Source: an uncultured Bacilli bacterium (GTDB lineage: Bacteria; Bacillota_I; Bacilli_A; RF39; UBA660). Taken from it: DNA of 64,000 nt. Positions within the stretch are counted from its first letter, which is position 1. Each line of letters starts with the position of its first letter. Below, one piece after another: positions 46,940 through 56,100 of this stretch. Position numbers and translations under genes: made by a program. A model generated the notes under the pieces. It was not told the DNA's origin. It ran no database searches and saw only the letters and a list, made by a program, of their open reading frames with translations. The stretch is taken from NCBI GenBank assembly GCA_963929435.1, contig CAWVIV010000014.1, forward strand, positions 40,349 to 104,348, written 5' to 3'.

Positions 46940-47827
46940 ATGATTCTTTTTGTAAGTGGTAGATGTGATATAGTCGCTTTCTATACTCCTTGGTTTATGA
47001 ATAGATTAAAAGAAGGATATGTTGATGTTAGGAATCCTTTTTATAAGAAACAAGTGAGTAGAATATACTTTGATGATGTAGATTTAATATATTTTTGTAC
47101 TAAAAATCCTAGACCTATTGTTCCTTATTTAAAAGAGATAAAGAAACCTATTTTATTTAATGTAACTATTACTCCTTATAAAAGAGATATTGAACCTAAT
47201 GTATTTAATAAAGATAAGATAATTGAAAGTGTTATAGAGATATCTAAAATAATAGGAAGTGGCAATATTTATGTTAGATATGACCCTATCTTTTTAAGTG
47301 ATAAATATAATTTAGATTATCATATTAAAGCTTTTTCTAGACTTTGTAGTTTACTTAATGGTTATGTTAAACATATTATTGTTTCTTTTATAGATGATTA
47401 TAAAAATGTAAGAAAGAATATGGGAGTACTTAGAGTTAAACCTTTTACTAGTAATGACTTAAAAGAAATAGGAATATCTTTTAGTTCTATTGCAAGTAGT
47501 TATAATATGACAGTACAAACTTGTTTTGAAAAAGAAAATTTAGTAGAATATGGATTTATTAAAGGAGATTGTTTAGGAGTAGAACTTGCTAAAAGACTTA
47601 CTGGTAAGACTAAATTTAAGAAAAGTAGGATTAGAAAAGGTAATCTTTGTAATTGTGTAGAAATGGTTGATATTGGTTATTATAATTCTTGTAAACATTT
47701 TTGTAAGTATTGTTATGCTAATTATAGTGAGGATGAAGTAATTAGTAATTCTATGAAACATAATGTAAATTCATCTTTGCTTATTGGTGAATTAGAAAAA
47801 GATGATATAATAAAAGTGAGAAGGTGA
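46940..47827 (+). CDS. DUF1848 domain protein
   Basis: MILFVSGRCDIVAFYTPWFMNRLKEGYV..VRNPF N-terminus and a C-terminal Cys cluster CNCVEMVDIGYYNSCKHFCKYCYA. ATG 46940 is preferred over GTG 46931. Confidence 0.65.
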   Translation: MILFVSGRCDIVAFYTPWFMNRLKEGYVDVRNPFYKKQVSRIYFDDVDLIYFCTKNPRPIVPYLKEIKKPILFNVTITPYKRDIEPNVFNKDKIIESVIEISKIIGSGNIYVRYDPIFLSDKYNLDYHIKAFSRLCSLLNGYVKHIIVSFIDDYKNVRKNMGVLRVKPFTSNDLKEIGISFSSIASSYNMTVQTCFEKENLVEYGFIKGDCLGVELAKRLTGKTKFKKSRIRKGNLCNCVEMVDIGYYNSCKHFCKYCYANYSEDEVISNSMKHNVNSSLLIGELEKDDIIKVRR

Positions 47828-48318
47828 TAGTTGTGAGAATTAATTATTCTGATGAAAAAATTGTTGATAGTGATAAGTCTATATTTTTAGCAGGTCCTAC
47901 ACCAAGAGGGGAAAATGCTAAGTCTTGGAGAGTAGATGCTTGTAAAAAATTAGAGGAGTTAGGCTTTGATGGTGTTGTTTATGTTCCTGAATATTCATCT
48001 TGGAAGCATAAAGAAGATTATGTAGATCAAGCAATGTGGGAAAGAGAAGGATTAACTAAAGCTTCTATTATAGTATTTTGGATACCTAGAAGTTTACCTG
48101 ATATGCCTGCATTTACTACTAATGTAGAATTTGGATATTGGTTGCACTCAAAAAAGGTGATTTATGGAAGACCAGATGATGCAGTTAAAATTAAATATTT
48201 AGACTGGTTATATGAGGTGGATTATAATGAGAAACCTTTTAACAATTTAGATGATTTGTTGAAGAATGCGATTAAAAAGGTAAATGATAAAGAGAAAATT
48301 TTATCTAAGGATAAATAG
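47824..48318 (+). CDS. Nucleoside 2-deoxyribosyltransferase-like protein
   Basis: IFLAGPTPRGENAKSWR...GFDGVVYVPE pattern of the Nuc_deoxyri_tr2-type family. GTGA overlap with the DUF1848 gene. Confidence 0.55.
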   Translation: MIVVRINYSDEKIVDSDKSIFLAGPTPRGENAKSWRVDACKKLEELGFDGVVYVPEYSSWKHKEDYVDQAMWEREGLTKASIIVFWIPRSLPDMPAFTTNVEFGYWLHSKKVIYGRPDDAVKIKYLDWLYEVDYNEKPFNNLDDLLKNAIKKVNDKEKILSKDK

Positions 48319-48321
48319 TAG

Positions 48322-49533
48322 GTGGTGATGCTTCCTGTGAAAAAGAAAATTATTATAATATCTATTATAGTTTTAGGTATTCTTGTTGTGTCATTAATAA
48401 TTTATTTTAATACGAGGATAGTTGTTGATAATAGTGGTTTTACTTTAAAAGATGATTTAACTGTTAACGTTTATAGTGATGTTAAAGTGAAAGATTTTAT
48501 TAAAGATATAGATGGTAAAGTTGTTGATAATAAAAGAATTAATACTGATAAGTTAGGTACAGTTGATGTAGAGTTTATCTATTTAAATAAAGATAATAAA
48601 AAAAGAAAAGGAACATTTGAAGTTACTGTTAAAGACTTAGAAGAACCTTTAATATGGTTATCTAATAGTTATAGTGTTAGAGTTGGTGACGATGTTAATT
48701 TAGAAGATGAGATACTTTGTGCTGATAATTATGATAGTAATCCTAGTTGTAAAATTAAAGGTGATTACGACTTAAATACAGCAGGGGACTACTCTTTAGT
48801 TTATGTTGCAGAAGATAGTAGTGGTAATAAAGAGAGTGTTGATTTTACTTTGCATGTTTATGAACCTAAAAGTGTAACTGGTGGAGGAAGTAGTGAAGAA
48901 GTTACTAGTACTGATTTTAATGGTGTATTAGAAGAACATAAAAATAAAGATACTTTAGTTGGTATAGATGTTTCTAAATGGCAAGGAGTGATAGATTTTT
49001 CTAAAGTAAAAGAAGCAGGGGCTGAGTTTGTTATTATTCGTGTAGGGCATCAAAATGGTGTTGGTGGAGAATATGTTCTTGATCCTTACTTTAAAAGAAA
49101 TATTAAAGAAGCATTAGAGAATAAGCTTAAAGTTGGTATTTACTTTTATTCTTATGCAGATAATAAGATGGAAGCTAGGAAGCAGGCAGAGTGGGTAATT
49201 AAACAGATAAAAGACTATGATATTACTTTGCCTATAGCTTTTGACTTTGAGTGTTTTTCATCATTTAACACTATGAACCTTAGTCTGCATGATTTAAATG
49301 AAGTAGCAGAAACTTATTTTTCTACTTTAGAAGATAAAGGTTATGATACTATGCTTTATGGTAGTAAGAATTACTTAAATGCTATTTGGAAATATAATAC
49401 TAATAAAGTATGGCTTGCTCATTATACAGATAAAACTGATTATGATAAAGATTATATGATGTGGCAGTTATGTCAAGATGGGGTTATTGATGGTATCAAT
49501 GGATTTGTTGATATAGATATTTTGTATAAATGA
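48322..49533 (+). CDS. GH25 muramidase (lysozyme) with N-terminal TM and Ig-like domain
   Basis: GIDVSKWQGVIDFSKVKEAGAEFVIIRVG and a DxE-type GH25 core. The true start is uncertain (ATG 48328 or GTG 48337). Confidence 0.8.
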   Translation: MVMLPVKKKIIIISIIVLGILVVSLIIYFNTRIVVDNSGFTLKDDLTVNVYSDVKVKDFIKDIDGKVVDNKRINTDKLGTVDVEFIYLNKDNKKRKGTFEVTVKDLEEPLIWLSNSYSVRVGDDVNLEDEILCADNYDSNPSCKIKGDYDLNTAGDYSLVYVAEDSSGNKESVDFTLHVYEPKSVTGGGSSEEVTSTDFNGVLEEHKNKDTLVGIDVSKWQGVIDFSKVKEAGAEFVIIRVGHQNGVGGEYVLDPYFKRNIKEALENKLKVGIYFYSYADNKMEARKQAEWVIKQIKDYDITLPIAFDFECFSSFNTMNLSLHDLNEVAETYFSTLEDKGYDTMLYGSKNYLNAIWKYNTNKVWLAHYTDKTDYDKDYMMWQLCQDGVIDGINGFVDIDILYK

Positions 49534-49575
49534 TTTTAGTAATTTGTGTTATACTAAAATAGGAAAGGATGATTT

Positions 49576-50955
49576 ATGTTGAAAGAGAATATTTGGAAGA
49601 AGTATGATGCAGTAGAAATTTCTAAAGTTTTTGAGATGGGTGAAGACTATAAAGAGTTTTTATCTTTATCTAAGACTGAAAGAGAAGGGAATAAGGAAAT
49701 TATTAAACGTGCAGAAGGTAAAGGTTTCCACAATATTGTGGATTATATTAATGGGAATAAGTCTTTAAAACCAGGAGATAAGATTTATGCTGATAATAGA
49801 GGTAAAGCAGTTATTTTATTTATAATTGGAAAAGACTCTATTACTAAGGGTATGAATATATTAGGGGCTCATATTGATTCTCCTAGACTTGATTTAAAAG
49901 CTAATCCTTTATATGAAGATACTGATTTTGCTTATTTTGATACACATTACTATGGTGGTATTAAGAAATATCAATGGACTACTATTCCTTTAGCACTTCA
50001 TGGTGTTATTGTTAAGAAGGATGGTACTAAGATAGATGTTAATATAGGGGAAAGTGATGATGATCCTGTATTTTGTGTAACTGATTTACTTCCTCATTTA
50101 GCAGGGGAACAAATGAAGAAGAATGCTAGTAATTTAATAGAAGGTGAAGCTTTAGATGTTTTAATTGGTAATATGCCTTTAAAAGGAGAAGATAAAGAGG
50201 GGGTAAAAGCTAATGTACTTTCTATATTAAAAGAGAAATATGATATATCTGAAGATGACTTCTTATCTAGTGAAATAGAAGTAGTTCCTGCAGGTAAGGC
50301 TCGTGATATGGGATTTGATAAGAGTATGGTTCTATCTTATGGACAAGATGATAGAAGTTGTGCTTATTCATCACTTATGGCAATACTAAGCTCTGAAGTT
50401 ACTGATAAGACTCTATGTTGTATTTTAGTTGATAAAGAAGAGATAGGTAGTGTTGGTTCTACTGGAATGGGCTCTCGTTTCTATGAAAATACTATAGCAG
50501 AGATTTGTCATTTGTTAGGTGAAGATAGTTTTGTTAGTGTTAGAAGAGTTTTATCTAATTCTCGGATGTTAAGTAGTGATGTTAATGCAGCATATGATCC
50601 ACTTTATGCTAGTGTTATGGATAAACGTAATTCATCTTATCTAGCTCGTGGTTTAGTATTCTGTAAATATACAGGTTCTCGTGGTAAGAGTGGTAGTAAT
50701 GATGCTGATGCTGAGTTTATTGCAGAGCTTAGAAATATTTTAGATAGTGATAATGTAAGTTATCAAATATCTGAACTTGGTAAAGTAGATGCTGGTGGTG
50801 GTGGTACTATTGCCTATATCCTTGCTAACTATGATGTTAAAGTAATAGATGCAGGAGTTGGAGTTTTAAATATGCATGCACCATATGAAGTTACTAGTAA
50901 AGTAGATATATATGAAGCATATCGTGGCTATTTAGCATTTTTGATGAAAGCATAG
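49576..50955 (+). CDS. M18-family aminopeptidase
   Basis: GAHIDSPRLDLK, YGGIKKYQW, DKEEIGS and NMHAPYE motifs. 459 aa. Confidence 0.8.
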   Translation: MLKENIWKKYDAVEISKVFEMGEDYKEFLSLSKTEREGNKEIIKRAEGKGFHNIVDYINGNKSLKPGDKIYADNRGKAVILFIIGKDSITKGMNILGAHIDSPRLDLKANPLYEDTDFAYFDTHYYGGIKKYQWTTIPLALHGVIVKKDGTKIDVNIGESDDDPVFCVTDLLPHLAGEQMKKNASNLIEGEALDVLIGNMPLKGEDKEGVKANVLSILKEKYDISEDDFLSSEIEVVPAGKARDMGFDKSMVLSYGQDDRSCAYSSLMAILSSEVTDKTLCCILVDKEEIGSVGSTGMGSRFYENTIAEICHLLGEDSFVSVRRVLSNSRMLSSDVNAAYDPLYASVMDKRNSSYLARGLVFCKYTGSRGKSGSNDADAEFIAELRNILDSDNVSYQISELGKVDAGGGGTIAYILANYDVKVIDAGVGVLNMHAPYEVTSKVDIYEAYRGYLAFLMKA

Positions 50956-50980
50956 AGTATTGTTTATACAATGCTCTTTT
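50954..50980 (+). terminator. Terminator of aminopeptidase gene
   Basis: AGAGTATTG-tttata-CAATGCTCT followed by a T-rich run. Confidence 0.65.
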
Positions 50981-50990
50981 ATATTTTTTG

Positions 50991-51166
50991 TAGCAAAATA
51001 GGCCTTTTTACATATTTTAATGTAGAGGTGAATATTATGAATGAGCGAAGAGTAACTGGTGTGGTGGTTGATGCTGGACATGGAGGAATAGGAGTATCCC
51101 AAAAATAGGGAAATGACTATGAATGCTGATAAATACAAGGAAAAGAGATACTTTAGTAAGAAAAGT
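50991..51166 (+). repeat. att-like repeat copy 1: 96-bp amidase 5' segment (50991-51086) plus 80-bp conserved island left end (51087-51166)
   Basis: The 96 bp is identical by eye to 62585-62680. The whole 176 bp matches 59051-59226 with 4 mismatches. The truncated ORF reads MNERRVTGVVVDAGHGGIGVSQK*. Confidence 0.9.
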
Positions 51167-51209
51167 GTCTTTTTTAGTGGTATAATAGCTTGTGAGGTGA
51201 AATTAATTA

Positions 51210-51779
51210 ATGGATGAAAGAACATTTGTGGAATTAGGAGTAAAATTAACTGAAGTTGCTACAAGAAATGGCGCAGCTTTAATTACAGATAGAATTCGTA
51301 CTGCGAAAGCAAAAAAGGAAAGTAAAGAAATAATTAATGAACTAGAAGAAATTATATCAGATTTATTATCGGACAAATCTGAAATTCAAAGAATAGCTCA
51401 GGCTTATGAACAAGAACTAGTTTCTCAAAAGATTACAGAGGAAGATATAAGGTATATTACAGATAATTTATTACCACTATTTACTGAATTTATTCCTGAT
51501 AAAGATAAAAATCAAATCGAACAATTAAAGAAAATTTTATCTGTAGAAACTTTAACAATTATGCAATTAATTGGTTTTAATTACAAACATGCTATTGGAG
51601 AGCCTTTAACTTTACTTTGTAGAAAGTATATTGAATCCAATATTCCTATGGATTCAAAAATAAATGTTGATTATACAATGGCTATGGCAACACTTGCTAA
51701 AGATAAAGAAGCTACAAAAAGATTTTACAATTTACTTGGTAGAGAAATGCCTGAAGAGAATAATTCAGATGAAATATGA
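51210..51779 (+). CDS. Hypothetical helical protein (189 aa), first gene of island A
   Basis: Extended -10 TGGTATAAT at about 51177 and GTGAGGTGA RBS. A terminator CACCAT-aaataata-ATGGTG plus T-run follows. No motif recognised. Confidence 0.55.
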   Translation: MDERTFVELGVKLTEVATRNGAALITDRIRTAKAKKESKEIINELEEIISDLLSDKSEIQRIAQAYEQELVSQKITEEDIRYITDNLLPLFTEFIPDKDKNQIEQLKKILSVETLTIMQLIGFNYKHAIGEPLTLLCRKYIESNIPMDSKINVDYTMAMATLAKDKEATKRFYNLLGREMPEENNSDEI

Positions 51780-51897
51780 TAAAAAGTTTTGATTTTGAGC
51801 ACCATAAATAATAATGGTGTTTTTATTTTAAATGAAAGCGAGGTAGATATTTATAAATTTAAATTATGCAATATTTAGAAGTGAACCTATTTTTACA

Positions 51898-53130
51898 TTG
51901 AATGATTTAGCACAGATAGGTTCTCATAATAAAAGGGAGAAGAAAGCTTATAATTCTAATCCTGATATAAATAAAAATTTAAGTAAAAATAATATAGAAT
52001 TAGTACCCTTGACAGATAAATATGTTAAGGGTTTTTATAATTTAACTAAAGAATATAAAAAAGAATATGATGAGAGAATGAAAACAGAACGTGAAGATAG
52101 AAAGAAAAATTTAAAACAGATGTTAGATAAGTCAAGAAATGTAGTTGCAGATGAATTATTATTTACTGCTAAATTTGAATTTTTTGATAATATAACAATA
52201 GATGATATAAAAGAGTGGTCTAATACTTGTATGGAGTTTGTTTATGAAGATTTGGGTTATAAAAAAGAACAAGTTTTGCATAGTGTAATTCTTTTAGATG
52301 AAAAGACACCACATATTCATTGTGTAGTTGTTCCTTTAGTTAGAAAGTTTTATAATAGAACTAAAACAGAAAGATATACTATATCTAAGAAACAATACAT
52401 TAAAAATAATATTCATTTATCAGAATTATAAGATAAATACTATCAAAGACTAACTAGTAAAGGTTATGATTTAGAACTAGGTATTAAAGGAAGTATAGCT
52501 AAACATCAAAAAGTCAGAGAGCTTAAAAAAACTACTAGATATTATGAACAGAAAGTAGATGTTTTAAACTCTAAAATAGATGAAACTATGAAGGAATTTA
52601 ACGAGAAAAAAAACTACCCAAAAATATTCCTTTTAATAAAACTCATGGTCTAGTAGAAAAGGAAACTTTTGATAGTATGAATAAAGTAATTAAAGAAACA
52701 AAAAAACGATATATTTAGAGCCAAAAATTAAAACTCTTTTTAATGAAGTAGATAGTTTTACCAAAAGCCATCAGAGTTTAGAAAAAGAAAATCAATATAT
52801 GAAAAGGAGATTAAAGCATTGACTACTAGAAATCAAAATCTTACAAAAGAAAATAATACTTCAAAATCCTACATTAAAGCCATATTATAGGCAATAAAGC
52901 ACTTTTTTAGGTATTTATTACAAATTGGTAATGAACCTACAAAAGAAACTACTGCACGCGAGATAAAGTAATATTATGATAATAAAGATTTTGATAGTAA
53001 TGATGCTTATGATATTTCAAATGACACTACTAAAGAAGATGAACTATTTGATTATGATAATATAGCTTGTTATTATAAAGCAAAAAAAGATAACGTTGGA
53101 GATAAAGATGATTTTGAGTTAACAAGGTAG
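51898..53130 (+). pseudogene. Decayed MobV/Pre-family relaxase
   Basis: The N-terminal 177 codons have MobV features (NPDINKNLSKNN, HIHCVVVPL). An in-frame TAA at 52429 interrupts ..LSEL*DKYYQRLTSKGYDLELGIKGS.., and the rest continues in other frames after A-run frameshifts. Confidence 0.6.
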
Positions 53131-53193
53131 ATAGAATTATGGTATACTAGTGATATAAAGATTGGTTTAAGTGTCAGAAGTGGAGTGAATTTA

Positions 53194-56100
53194 ATGAATC
53201 AAGAAATTTCTAATAAGGAGAAAATAATATCACTATATAAATTTATTATAGAGTTTTGTAAGAGCAAACAAAAAATTATATGTAACGACAATGATTATTT
53301 ATGGAAATATCAGATTAGTAATGTTCCACAAGATAATGAAAATATTAGTATATTGTATAAGGACAAAGTCGAATTGGAAGATGAGATACTTGATGATAAT
53401 AGTTTGGATTACTTATTAAAAGTTCATAAGCCTGAATTTGAAAAATGTCCTGAACCTGATGCATCTTTTAAAAAGTGGCTTGTAAAAGGTTGGGATTCTT
53501 ATAGAAATATTGTTCAAGTTAAAGAGAAAATAGAATATGAAAATAATCAGAACAATTCTGAAAAAGTAATAGAAATGTTTACAGATGATTTGGAACGTGT
53601 GAGTGCATATAAAGTATGGCTTGAAAAAAGAAAACAATGGGTTGAAAGGCAATTAAAAATAGAAAGGACTAGAGATTTCTTTACTATTTTATATATGAGG
53701 TATGTAGACTTACAACGCGATTCTGAAACTACTGAGTTAGTACTTGCTAATGGTTATATAACTGATAAGAATAACGAAAATATATGTCATCCTGTGTTGA
53801 CAAAAAGACTAAACATGAATTTTGATGCTAATGAAAATACTATATATGTAATGGACACTGACGCTAGAACTGAATTATACTCTGAACTGTTTCAAGTTAT
53901 GGATGATATTGATCTTGATTCATTAACTACATTAAATTCTGATTTGATGGTACATGATTATCATCCAATGGATAGAAATGATACACCAAACTTTTTAAAA
54001 ATACTTGTTCATAACTTGAGTTCTGACAGTAAATATGTAGATGGTCAAGATGATATTTCTGAAAATAGAATTAATATGTTTTATAGACCATGTTTAATTA
54101 TGCGAAAAAGAATGGATGGAACAATAAAAACTACTGAACAGATTATTAAAAATATAGAAGAAACTGGTTTTATTCCAAGCCATTTGATAGATATCATTAG
54201 TGGTGGCAAATTAGAAAAACCTGAGGAAACTGAAGAAACTATTGAGGAATCGTTAGCTAAAGTCGGTGGAGAGAGTGTTGATATATTATTATCTAAAGAA
54301 GCAAATAGGGAACAGTTAGAAATTGCAAAAAGAATAGGTAAATACAATGCAGTATTGGTGCAAGGGCCTCCTGGTACTGGGAAAACGCATACAATAGCAA
54401 ATTTAGTTGGACACTTTTTGGCTCATGGGGAAAGTGTTTTGGTTACTAGTTATACAAAAAAAGCTTTAACTGTTTTAAAAGACAAATTGCCAAAAAACAT
54501 TCAAAGTTTATGTGTGTCTGTTTTAGATGATTCAAATGAAGATATGGAAGACTCTATTGATGGTATAACGGATTATATGTCTAGGACCACTTCATTTGAA
54601 TTAAAACATAAAATGGAAGAATTGAAAGAAAGTCGATTAAATGTTATTAAGGAATTGGCTTCTGTAAGAAGAAAAATATTTAATATTATTAATAGTGAAT
54701 ATAGAAGTATTGTTTTAGATGGCGAAGAAATTTCTCCTATAGATGCGGCTTGCTTTGTTCAACAAAATAAAGAAAGATTGTCTTATATTGATGGTAGAGT
54801 AAAATTGTATTCTCCATTACCGTTAACAATAAATGAGTTTAATTATTTATATGGAACAAATTCTAAAATTTCTTATGATGAAGAAAAAGAACTTAATTAT
54901 AAATTGCCAGCTCCAGCAAAATTAATTCATCCTGATAAATTTGAAAAATTATTAGCAATAATTGATAATTCAAAGAAGAAAATTGAGGAAATTGGAAATT
55001 TAAAAAAATGGACTATACAGATTAATGATGATTTGTTTTTTGAAACTAATTTTGGTAATTTTTATATTACAAATTATAATGCTAGTGATATAACTGAATT
55101 GAAAAATTATATTGATGGTTTTTCTAATTTTGATAATTGGGTAAAAGCAGTTTGTTGTGATGGAAAAAGAGGTGGTGCTCATAAAAAGAGATGGCTAGAT
55201 TTAATTAATGAGATAAAAACTACTTCAAAAATAAGTGAAGATTTTATATATAATCATTTTGGTAAAAAAGTTTCTACAAAAAATAATAGTAATGTTTGTG
55301 ATTATAAAATAGGTTTGCGAAAATTAAAAAAAATCTTGGATAGAAAAGGGAAAATTGGTAAAATCGATTTAATTTTAAATAATGAATTTAATTTATTGCT
55401 ATCAGAAGTTCAAGTTAATGGTAAACAAATTACAACAAAAGAAGAATGTGATTATGTACTTGATTATATTGATTTAATAGAAGCGAGAAGTAAACTTGCT
55501 AATTTATGGGATAATCTGTTATCTTGCTATGGAGTTACAAAATTTTATGATTTAGATAATTCAGAGCCGGAAAGAGTTGCTGAAAAATGGATTGATATTA
55601 TAGTTAAATATCTAAATTGGTATGATAAGGAATATAAGAATTTAACTAAATACTTGGAAAAAGCCAATTTTCCTTATCAAATTATATTACAATTGAATGA
55701 TTTAGATAAAGATATTGATCATATAAATAAAATATTTGATTCTTTACAAAATGTAATTCCTTATTTGTTGAATATATGCGAAGCAAAAATTGCTATTGAT
55801 AACGCCAATCAAGAAATAGAAAATTCAGTAACTGTTTTGGATGACAACGGTTTAATAAATTCTTCAGTTTGTATTAATTTAAAAAAATCATTGAAGAATT
55901 ATGATAATGAAAAATATTTAGAGTTTTTTAGACAATTAGAAGATTTATATCAAAAATACGAAATTTTAAGTAAAAGAAATTCTTTATTGGAAAAATTAGA
56001 ATCAGTTGCACCACAATGGGCAAGCGATATTAGAAACAGGCGTGGTATTCATGGTTTAAGTGAAACTCCTACTAATATTCAAGACGCTTGGAAATTTAAA

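Noticed and set aside
50932-51225. Minus-strand 97-aa ORF spanning att repeat copy 1
   Set aside because: It crosses the terminator, the att core and the island arm. It has no RBS and a low-complexity translation.
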